Source of the DNA: Podarcis cretensis
Lineage: Eukaryota
NCBI GenBank assembly: GCA_951804945.1
Contig: OX638150.1
Span: 44,702,001-44,766,000, forward strand
Reading direction: 5' to 3'
Length of the DNA: 64,000 nucleotides
The notes under the pieces are model-generated. The model was not told where the DNA came from and made no database searches. It saw nothing but the letters and a program-made list of their open reading frames with translations. Shown one piece after another: positions 25,320 to 37,300 of this stretch. A program made the position numbers and the translations under genes. Each line of letters begins with the position of its first letter. Position 1 is the first letter of the stretch.

Positions 25320-28300
25320 CTGCAGTGGGAAAGAAAAGAAACATTTGGCTTGTGCCAGCAGACTCTTGGATGGAGATGGAGGGTCTTCACTGTTCTTCCT
25401 CCATAGGGCTCTAACCAGGACAGTATGTGTCAGAAGACACAAAGGTCTGAATTCAAGAAGGCCATGTTCTGTGATCCAGACATATACAGGATCATCAAAA
25501 TGATCTACTGTAAAGAGCCCAACTTCAGACATTTTACTCAGCAGTGTTTAGCAGCTGCAAAAGGTGTCTGGTACCAAAATAGTTAGAAAAAGTAAGAGAT
25601 TCTCAGGATGTAAAGCTCCACAGCAGTTATTCATACTGTTCTCCTGCAAAGCAATGTGCCAACCTTCTCTCACACCCCTGCATCAGTACATGCACCTCTG
25701 TTTATGCCTAGTCCAATTCAAACTCACCATGTTATACCAAGCAGTGATGATGAGTTTCTCTTCTTGTTCCTGTTGAGATTTTGTCTTCTCAAAATCCGAC
25801 TAATGAGATGAAGCACAGAGAGGAAAAAGGAGGTAAGTGGTCATGCTGCTAAACCCCAAGGCTGTGTGTGTGTGTTTGTGTGTGTGTGTATTGGGGGGGG
25901 GGATTATGGAAAACCCCAAGCTTATGCTGCCAAGGCCAACCAAAACAGAGGGGAGATGAGAAGTGTACCTCTTCCTTTTATAGCTGTGCAGGACCTCAGT
26001 CTACCAATTTGATCCCAAGTGAAAGCAAACAGAAAGAAACTACCTGAGCTGCTAACAGGGTGGTCGAAACAGGCAACGCATGGCAAACCACTCATCTGAA
26101 ATAATTTATATTGACTTTGGGAAGATAAGGAATTAATGCATTATACCCAAGACACCTGTGTGTCTATGGGTAAGAGGGCTGCAGTGCGCACATCCTTGTT
26201 AATTTTGGAAACTTGTTATAATAAGTATTGCCCTGCTGGATCAGGCCAGTGGCCCACCAGATTCCCTTGGGAAGCTGTGAGCAGGACCAGAGCACAACAT
26301 CAGTGTCCCTTCCTGCAGTTTCCAGCAACTGGTATTCAGAAGCGCATTCCTTCCTACAATGGAAGTAATTCATAGCCATCATGGTTAGTAACCGCTGATA
26401 GCCTAGTTCTCATTTAAAGCCATCAAAGTTTGGTGGCCATTACTGCCTCTCAAGGGAGCAAATTCCATTGTTTAACTAGAGGGGCCTTTGGCCTAATCAG
26501 GCAGGCTCTTATGTAAGAAGCTGCAACCCTCATTCTCGTACGAGGAAGAGGAGCTCACCTCCAGGTGGTTGATTTTCTTATCCTTTTCCTGCAGCTGGTT
26601 TTTCAAAGCCTGGATCTCCAGTGGAACTCCATGAGGCTGTTGCTTGGGATCCAGTTTCTTGATGACCTGTGAAAGAATAAAGAGAGATCTTCCATAATCA
26701 CTTAGCTTTGGGAGGCCAAGACCATTTAGCTACTAGAGAGGCCCTGAAGCAACATTGCTGACTGAATCACATTGACCGCAGGAAAGTGTGTATGATCTAC
26801 AAAGCCATTTAGTGAGGCTTTGCCAAAGTATGCCAGTGCGGTGGCAAAAGGCACTGGAAAGACTTGACTTACTGTGCAGGCTTTGTCCATATAACGCTTG
26901 TATCGTTCCTCCATGGCTCTCATATCTTCATCTTTCTTCTTCAAAGACTGCTGCAGTTCATCAATCTTCTTGGCAGCTGTTGAGAAAGGCGGGGACATCA
27001 ATGCTGTCCAGACCCCGAAATGTGGACGGGGGACAGATGGAGTAGCAAGAATATTCACTCAATGCTCTACAAGGTCTTCTGATTTCTGGGTAGCCCAGCC
27101 CATCCCATTCTGGTACCCAGCAAAGACTGGGCTTAGTCGAGACTCCTAAAGCAATAGATCTGTCATCCACCCACTTACTGTTGCTGTCCACTTTTGGCTC
27201 CAATTCATCAAGGCATTCCTTCTTCTTCTGAAGCTCTGCATGGGCCTCATGCAATTTCTCTCTGACCAGGAAACAGAAAGAGAAACAGAAGCTAGGCATG
27301 CAGGTGTCTTGAAGAATAAGGACCAGAAACCTGAAGGGCGTGGAACCAAAGCCCTGCTGTGCATTGTGTGACAGCATCAATATGTTGCTAAGTAGCACAG
27401 CTGGACCCATAACAACCCCAGATATGCATTCATCAAATGCAACAAAGAAAACCAAGTGAGCTTTAGCCCTTTCCAACCCTGTCCCTCAAACTGAATTGAA
27501 TCACTTACAGGTGCTCCTCCAGCTTCTTTTGTAGGAGAGAAGACTAAAAAGAGAGAGAAATGACTGCTTAGGATTTTTATTTTGTTTGCAGATCAATTAG
27601 CTAAGCTGCTGTTGTGATCATCTGACCACTAGAGTGAGTTGGTGCTATGTTCAGTATATTTTACACAGAATACTAAAACCTGTGTAGCTGTAGTGTACCC
27701 TGTACTCCTGAAGACCTCCTGCACTCAGGTTATGCATAAATTTGCTGGTTTTGAAGGATTCATTCCTCTACTTCCTTTTCAATTATCCCAGTAGGGAAGC
27801 AACCTCCCTTTGGAAAATGCTGAACCATAATTGTTTACAGACTTACTAATATACAAGACTCAAAGGGCAGTAACATGAACAGTTACTGATTGTGTAGGAG
27901 ACAGCACATCTCCTAAGAGATGTTGGTTCAGTTAACTACTTTGCACCAATTCAGAAACAAATCTAGACTGCTCCTACCTATTCAGATTATCAGAATGCCG
28001 TTTGGAACAGAAATTACCAATTCAAAACAGCACCTATGATTCCCAGCTTCCCTTATGCACTAAGAAAACTGAACTTGTGCTCCTCTAACTAAACCTTCAG
28101 AATACACAGGCCCCTTAGCAGCTCTTGGCAGGTGAGCCCAGAGCAGCCCCTTGTCTTTGATGCACCAAGAACCAAGCAAAGGCAGAAGAGAAGCAACAAT
28201 GAGTTTGCAGTGGAGTAGGTTAGATGGTGGAAGCAACACAGAATGTGAAAGTACTTACAATGGCCTGGGCAGGATAGCCAGCAAGTCAGAAGGGAGAAAG

Positions 28301-31300
28301 AGAGGGCTGTTAGCATAGTGAGATTAGGGAAGTGAGGAGGAAAAGAGGTCTGGGCAGAAGGTAATGGTGATCATTAGAACAGGCCACAGGAGAGGGGACA
28401 CAAGGCTCTCAAACTGGGGCAAAACTACACTTACAGCCTGCGAGTTCTTGCCCTCCCTCCCCCAATAGGCAACAAGCCCGTAAACCCGAGAAAAAAGGTT
28501 CTTAGCCAAATAGCACACCTTTGTCCAGCGTAGCTACCATAAACTGCAATTTTGCAGCTCCTAAGACCCACAAGTGTAGCCTTATCGTGGAATTTGTATG
28601 TTCAAGGAATCTTTACCACCCACATTATAGCAATCCTGTCAAGCAGTAGTCAGTATCTGGGGATTAGCCCCACTTCTTTTTCATTGTTTCGAGCCCCAAG
28701 GTAATTTGGGAGGCTAAAAACTGCCTCTATACAGGCAGAGTTCCCCCACTTGGTACACAGAGAGCACACAATCCTAGACTAGATGTTGCAACAAAGATCT
28801 CATACGGCCCAGCTCCTTTGTTTTGTCTTGGTTTTAAGTCTCCATTGAGAAACTGACAGGTGGGTTTATGCCACCAGTTCCCATTACTGCCACCCTGTAA
28901 GGAGGTCCGGATTCAGGCTGAGAGTAGACACCACCAGCCCCTGTGAAAATCTCCTTCAAAACCTCCCTGTGAGCCTGACTCTGACAAGGCCTCACAGAAC
29001 CCTCTTTTCTCAAGCAAACTCACATCTTCTGCTTTGCTTCCTTGCTCCTGGAGGGCCCGTTGCAGCTCCTCTACTTGCACCTTGAGCTCAGTGATCTGTT
29101 GCTGGCTCAGTCTGGATAGAGAGAAGGGCAAATCAAATTAAAACAGGCAAGAGAAAGGCCAGCTGCAAGCAGCAACAAAGCCCACAGGACTGTCAGTACA
29201 GATGGCGCCTAGAAAAAGGTACTGTGATAAGTAGTACACCTTCAAATGGCTCTGTTTATTTCTGAGCCAGGGCAATGAGAGGAGAAGGGAGCTTGTCCCT
29301 CACTAGTTAACAAAGATAAGCTAGGACAAAATTCTATTTAAAAAAATTGTTAGTTTAACATTCCTAGTAGATGATGCAAATAGTGCTTGAGCTCAAGGAC
29401 ACTCGCCAGTTGACCCTGCAAACATGGTTTCACTTGATGGGCCAACAGTAAGAGTTTCCCCACTGGTTTTTAGAACAGGTGGTAGAATATTGCCTACCAG
29501 ATAAGAGGAAGAACAGTGAATAAAAATAATCCAAATTAGAACTGCAAATTTATTAGCTGGTCAAAGGTTAAGAGGGACTGGAGAAGGCAGGTTGGATCTC
29601 CTAAGACCAGTGGGGACAAACTGCAAACTTTCCAGCTTATTGGATACCTCTGCTGTGCCTCTAGCTGGTTCTTAGTACGGTTAGATTCCTCCAGCAGCCC
29701 CTGCAATTCAGTCTGCTGCAGCCGATAGGACAGCTCTTGTGCACATAACATCTTGTTCTCATGCTGCAGCCGCACAATGGTCTCCCTGGCCGCAAGAAAC
29801 ACAGAAGGTTACGATTATTAGCTGGGGCATTATCCAATGGTGTGGACCACCACCACTTCCCAGGCCCCCCCCCCCCGCGCTTCATGTGGGCCCAACTCCC
29901 AACCCTAAAAGCTGTACTAAAAGGCAGAACAGTTCATAGAGAGGGTGCAATCTCTAGAATTGGGGGCCAAACCAGAGCAATGTATATTGGGATAGACAGT
30001 ATTCACAGAGATTACCGTGCTGTATTATCTAGCATATACATTAGGAGCATTCACTTACAGCCTGACCTTTTAAAGAATTTATGTCATGACTGTATGAAGC
30101 AGAAAACTGTACTCCAGTTTTCTTAAGCTTAAGCAAACAAGCTTCAGGTGATCTTGGGATGACACCTGTTTCATCTACAATATCAGAAAAATAAATCCAG
30201 GATAGCACTCCCCCACACACACCACTTTCTCTTTATCACCAAAAGGACACCAGAGTAACACTGACTCCAACCTCTGGCTGATGGAAGTAATCAAGTATAA
30301 TTATGAATAACAGCAAGTCCCCAATTTCAAATAGGCCCTATAGGCTTTTGCCCTTCTGCCTCCCAAGACAGGATCCCCAAGGGGGCAAACTTTACTTGAG
30401 TTCTGCTGGCATGATCTCAGCTGCTAAGTTATCCACAGGAGAAGCAATTTCTTCTAGGATGGTATCTGCAAAGGGGGGGGGGGGGAGAAACAGAAGATAC
30501 ATTTATTTTTACTCTGGCTTTCTACCCAAAGGTGCAGGTGTTGTTGGAGGGGAGGAGCTGATCGTTCCCAAATACTACCTTGCTATAAAGCACAACCCTC
30601 TAAGATGGGATCACTCAAGCTTTTGGTGTCACTTGACCTAGCCAGGGCCGGACAACTCATCTACCCTGAGTTGGAGCAATAAAAGTGCAGTTATGGGTCC
30701 CAGCAGTATTAAGCAAAACATGGTCCACACTGGCATCTATCACATCAAGAGAAATACATTTAAACAGGAGAAGAATGAAGGCTGAGAAAAGCCACACAGA
30801 GATGGGAGGTGAAACCGGTAACCTCACTTCAGGCAGCAGCCAACCATAATACAAGATCTTCCCCTACAAGCAGGTTCAGGCAACCGAATGACAGACCAAG
30901 CACACACACCGGCTGTAGGCAAAGCTCTTGGAGACAGGTGTGTGAGATCCTATCAGGCTTAGCCTAAAATTTAATTTATATAATTTCTTTACCACCCTTC
31001 ATTAAAAGAAATCCTAGGGTGATTTACATATCAGAACAATTAAGATCACAAATCACATAATAAACATTAATTAAAATAAAACAGTAAAAAAATTGTTCTG
31101 TATAACTGCTCACAGAACTGTGGGACCACAAGGGTCATCCAGTTCAACCCCCTGCAATGCAGGAATCTTTTGCCCAACGTAGGGCTCAAACTCATGACCC
31201 TGAGATTAAGAGTCTCATGCTCTACCAACTGAGCTATCCATTCAGCTTATAAAAACAGTCCAATCCATTAAAATCCTACCCTCTCAGCCCTCCTGTGGCT

Positions 31301-34300
31301 TCCAAGGAAGCTAACAGATAAGGGAATCCCCCTGTCCGTGCCTGTAGAAAGTTCTTAAAAATGAAAATGACAGCATTTAATTCATTTATTTTTACTGCAC
31401 CCTTCCATCCCAAATGGAATCTTCAGGTGTAAATAATCATAGTAAAAAATATAAAATACATTTGCAAAAAACAGCCGTAACAACCAAAAAGGAATCACAA
31501 AAACAGAAGCACAAAGCTCAATCAGCAACTAAATCAAATTAAAGAACATTTCAATAAAATAAATGTTCAAATAATATGCTCTTACATCAACACCTAAATG
31601 CACAAAGAAGGGTCTAGCTGGATTTCCTGCAGCACAAAAATTCCATACTCTGGGCACCACCACCAAGGTAGCCCTAGCCCCTGGCCCACCCCACTGTACA
31701 TTTCAGATGGAACAAATCTCCCCTAATGATTGCAGAATGTAGGCAATGTCCCCATCTCTCACTGTGGCTCTTTGGGTATTAACAAATGTTAAATGTAGTA
31801 GACTGCTAGTTCACTGTAACTTGGGTGCACTTGGCCCTGTCAACACAAAGACATGTCCCTTTTCTCCTTAACTTCCAATCTTTGTTCTGAGGCAGACTTT
31901 ATTGGATTTCACTGGGGTGGGGAAGACTTCTGATACTCACCTGCTTGGTTTAGAAATTTCTGCTGCACCTGAGCACATCGCAGTTCTTCATTGGCTTCCC
32001 GTAAGGCATCCCGCTCTTCAATCAGCCTCTAAGGAAAAAGGGTCAGGAATCACTCCAGGAAAAGGACCACTTAAGCTATGGTGGGCTGATGCCTTATTGT
32101 ACTACATTGTCAAAGTAACAGAAACTAGATGCTACTCCTGCCAGATTTCCCTATTCTTGCCACAAGACTAGGAGTAGAGAATCTCAGGCCAAATGCAGCC
32201 TTCAAGGCTCTCTGACATTTGGGACTCGCCCCACATGCTCTCCAGGCCTGCTCTGTGCCCTCCTTTACCAGGCTGGAATGAGCCATTGAACTGTGATAAT
32301 GGATGGGTAGATAGGTGGTGCATTTGTGTGCATATATAAAAAATCTGTATGGACATACCTATATCTATACACACCCACCCACCACCAAGCTCGAGCTTTT
32401 GTGCGGCCAGAATGTAGCCCTTTCAATGAAGAGAGAAGTCACATCCATTGCTTCACCCACTTTCCCCTGTGGCTCCTCCCACACTTGCATGCAACCTCCA
32501 CAAGGCTGCCCATGAGAGGATGTGGCCCTCAAGCTGAAAAAGCTCCCTCACTAGGCCTTCACCTGCAAGCCAAAGGAAACACTCATCATCCTCTTGTGGT
32601 ACAAGTTCTGCATTACCTCTTTTTCTTTTACCAGGGCCTCAAACTTCTCCTTGAGGTTCTTGAACTCAAACTGCCATTTCTCTGCCTTCAAAGCCTCATC
32701 TGCATGTTTGCTGTGGAGCTCTTGCACCTGGAAGAGGGAAGAGTAGGGGTTTGCTGTGCTTATGACCTTTGCCCTCCTCTCCTGCTGCAAAGCAATCAGC
32801 AACGCTGCTTTTCATTACAGGTTGTCTTGAATCTATGTTTAGTATTGAAGTCCTCCCAAACACCAAGAGTACAAGACTGTTTGAGACAACAGTTCTGCCT
32901 GCAAAGCCACAGAACAGCTACAGCTACCAGGTCAATCCTGGTCAAATGGGTTTTGCCTTTCTGGCTCCAGTGGTGCTCCAATCTGTCTTTAGGATTCCTT
33001 CAGGACAGAGTATTATTGCAAGTGCATTCTGAAGGCTGCAATCTGCTCAAATGCATTCTCTTATTAACACCAACTCACCTGTCTCTTATGTGCCTCCAGC
33101 TGCACACGGACAGCATTCGCACGCCGAAGCTCCTCCTCCAGCTCACAAGTGCGCTGCATGTAGACGGTGTTTCTTTCCTCAAGCAGCCGAACCTGCCGCC
33201 GCAGGTCACCCAGGTCTTCCAGCTTCTTCTTGTAGGAGTCCACCATAGCCTCCAGTCGTCCCACCTTGTCTGAGGAGTGACTGCAGAACAGCAGGATATA
33301 GGTATAAGTATAGGTATTTTTTGCAGCTTTTAATGTCAGGTAACTCTGACTTTATTGGATAAAAAGTGGAGGGACAGAAGGTAACTCTACTAGCTATAGA
33401 AAACTACTGTGTAAACAGGAATTGCTGCAGCAAGGTCAAAGGGTGGCAAAAACTGAAACAATAATGGATAAGCATTCCCATGCATAAGTATCCCATGCAT
33501 TTTAAGGCAAACATTCTAAGTTGGATTGTTGCAAACAAGTTACTGTATAGTTAAATGGTAACTGTCCTTTGCTGGTTTGGACACAACAAACCAATAGTAA
33601 AGCATTCGATTCCCCACTTCTCCTTCCAGTCACTGGGATGTGATAGAAGAGGATGCATGAAAGCCCAAGGCTTGCTGATGCTCTTTCACATCCCATGAAG
33701 TTATGGGTCAGTGTATCTATTCTAGATCTGAAACACTATGTCTATATTTCTGTGTGAAACACTCCAAAAATTTACAGGTTACAACCAAACTTGAGTTAGC
33801 TTTAATGTATAGCAAAAAAAGAAATCTGTGTGAAGTTACCTAACAACATGCTTTGTACAAAACTCACAAACACAGGAAAAGGAAGACTGGTAATAGTGAG
33901 AGACTGCAATGAATGCTGTTCCAGCACAGAAACCCATCCCCCTAGAACTACTAACATTCTCAATTAAACCAAATTCTTTACACACAAGCTGCCCCATTTC
34001 CACCAAATTCCAAATGCAGAGATTTTGATTATTCAGCAGTACTAATTGGATTCCAAGTAAGAAGCCACATTCCACATATTCACTCAAAACTCCTGGACTA
34101 ATTTGCTTCTGCTTTTCCAGAACTTCAAGCATTGGAAGAGAGACAGCATTCATCAGGGCTCCAGTGTATAGGCATGAGCCACCCACAAACCCTCTGGTGG
34201 GACTGTCAACTCTTCTCCATAGCTGCATTCAACCATCAGCGGCTGTTTGGGAACCTGTTGCTCTGCCTTTTCAGTGGCAAAGATTACCATGTTAAACCTA

Positions 34301-37300
34301 AGGATGTGTGCAAAAATGGTCTGTCTACCTGCAGAGAAGCAGACCTCTGTTAGTCAGCAGCTGCAGTGGGAGGTTTGCCTATACGGCAACACAGCACACC
34401 CAAGGCCCAAGATTCACAAATGTGGAGTTTTGACGCACAGCAGGCCCAGGCTGGACCATGCGCTGCTTCACAAGCCGTAACACATAACCCCCCAAAATAA
34501 AAGGGTATATCCACAGTTCTTGCAGGCGAGGCATTGAGGCACACTCACCGCAGCACATCCATCTCGTCTTTCAGTGCTTGGGCTTCCTCAGCCAGGCTGG
34601 TCAGCTCCTCATTGCGGTGTTGAAGCTCCAGCACTTCCTTTTCGAGATCTTCACAGCGCACTCGGAAGTCATCTCTGCTGCTTTCCAGCCTGGCCAAAAT
34701 ACATCTAGTTAGCTAGACTTTTCTTCTAATTATTCTCTGGACTCCACTGCCTTTGGGCACATTGTCCTGAGCGCAATATAATCTCCCCACCCCAGTATCT
34801 GCCTTACCGGAAGTTCTCCTCTTGCAGCTGCTCTATCTGGGTTTGAAGCAGAAGCAACTTCTTGCCAGTGAGCCCAGCAGCATCTGACTCAAGGGAGCTT
34901 TTCTGCTCCCGGAGACTCTTGTTCTCTAGCGACAAAGTATTCTTTTCTTCCACCAGGATGGAGATCTGAGAGAAGGGAGGAGGAAGACTAGTTTCTAGGA
35001 GGTGGCCAAGTAATGGAACTCTAAGTCCAGCTAAGAACTTTGCGGATTCTACCAGGTCCTTCGTAAGCCCAACCAGCCTGTGACATTCAACCTCATTCTA
35101 CTAGTGCCCTAGAAAAAGGGGGGAGCGGAAGCATAGCTCCTTAAGTCTTGGCTGTTCACTTCTTTCCCTGGCTTTAAGCAGGCTGCTCTCCCACTCTCTA
35201 TCAAATTGCTACATGTAGCCACAAGCAATTGGTTCCTTTTGCTGCTCTAGCAGACTTGTCCCCAGATTTTGCAAAACTATGGAACCATACAGTGGGTAAC
35301 AGAGTAGGCTTAACAGACATTTGCATGCATGTGCAAAATAATGTCTACAGCTGGCCTTCTGCCCCAACACGCACAGCAGCCATTGAAATTAGCCTCATCA
35401 GGACTCCTCTTGCACCAGCTCATTTGGCGTGAAGGAATTTTTATCATCCACACAGGTACTACTAAAGCATGTGTGAGCTACTGAAAGAAACTGCTAGCAA
35501 GCAAGTTCACTTCCTCTCTCTGCAAATCTGGCAGACTTTTTGCCAGGTACCTATGCTCCCTGAATGGAAGCAAAAACTTCATTACAGGAACCTACCGACC
35601 TGCTGCAGGGATCCAGAATTGCTACGAAGATTAAATGCTGCCAAATGAAGAGGCCACAAAACCCCCCTCAGCCTGTATATACATTCCCTAAACCTAAGTG
35701 ATTCCAGAATCTTCATATGCAGTTTAGAACCTAGAATGCAGAAATGTGGATTTGTAGCTGTATTAGTACAGTGTGTGAAAGCACTTTTAACTCAGGCCAG
35801 GCCCAACCCTGCTTCTGTACTGGGTGCAAGCAACTCCTCCAACACTCTCAAGCAGTTGTTAACTTGTCAACATGGCACATGCTCATGCAAGGAGGTTAGG
35901 CTGGCCCCACTAGCCACGGGGCTCCACTGCTGGGTGAGCAGGTCTGTTATCTAGGCAGGAGCATGGGAAGAGGGAAGACACTCACCTTCTTGAAGGGGGC
36001 TGCATCTCCAGGGGCACTTTAGCACCTTGGAGGAGTAAAGGGTTTGTTTTTGTAAAGGGAGTGAGATCAGTCTATCCTTTCTCAGGTCCCCCACAACCCA
36101 CCCTTCCTGAAATATCCAAAATCTCCACAGTTGCACTGTCTGCTCTTTAAATTTAGCCCTTCTGCTGGACACCAGTCTAGTTCATATGGCTTTAACAGGT
36201 AAAAAGAGGCATAAAGCCCAGGACCACTGAATCCAAGGTCAGCCCCAGAACTACCAAGCTGGTCTTGCTCTTTGTCCACAGCAATCTCAAAAACAATGAG
36301 GGAAAGAACAGCTGTGCATTAGGAGGAGGGACATGGACTCGCACACCACACTGCAGCCAAACCCAGCTGTCTCCATGCAGCCCAGCAAGCTCACACCATC
36401 CACAAAGAACTGCACTTCCCACCCCACCCCGGAAACGGGACTGCATGAGGGAGGAACGGAAGGCAGGCCCTCACCTTGCCTTCATATAAGGAAAGGCAGA
36501 ATATCCAAATGCCCAGAATAGGCCCGGTCCCCAAACACCACCAGCTCAGTGCACACAGAGCTGTGCAATATGGAGAGGCAGGGAGGGAGGGAAGGGGAGA
36601 GAAAGGATGGTAATCAAGATAGCAGTTCAGAAAATGGCATGTCAGGGCTCCTGCAAAATTCCAGCACAGGGGTGGGGAACCTGTGGCCCTCCAGATGTTA
36701 TTGGGAATCCTATCTCACATCAGCTCCAGCCAGCATGGCTAATGCTCAGAGGTGACAGACAATGCAGTCAACCAAATGTTACAAGACAAGTGGTTCCCTA
36801 CCCCTGATATATACTTCCCCATAACTTCCGAGGAAGGGCAGAACCCATTGGAGACCTGATGGTGCTCAGTATTTTCCCATTGTTTCTATGAACAGCCTCC
36901 TGGCTTCCATCATCTGATGCACATTCTTTTAAGTCCACAGCAAACAGAGCTGGTTTCCACCTCCAATATTCTTGGCTCCCAAGAGGTACTCACCTGCTGC
37001 TCTAGGTCATGGCAGCGCTGGCGCATGTCATCCGTCTCCTCTAGGTCATCACTGAGGAAGTAATACTTCCTGGACTACAAGGGAAAACCGGAAAGGTACA
37101 AGGAGTTAGTCAGTCAGTCAATAAAAGTCTATATACTACCACAGACACTGAGCAAGGCAAGCCACTCATAGTAGCCCAAGCCTAGCCTTCTTCCTTCACA
37201 TTACCTCATCTGGCCCCACAAAAAAGGGGACCTCTTTCTCCATTCCTGCTCAGCCTATATTGAATTTGCATCATTAGGGGTTATGCCGCCCACCCACTCT

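Noticed and set aside
31172-31239. Functional tRNA-Lys gene (also 58008-58072)
   Set aside because: Acceptor stem incomplete, T-loop/B-box mutated and fused to a LINE-type tail, so it is a SINE head.
32326-33273. Longest ORF in the track (315 aa, + strand)
   Set aside because: GTG start, antisense to HOOK2 exons 11-12; Leu-rich composition is the usual shadow of Glu/Lys/Gln coiled-coil codons; no recognisable domain.
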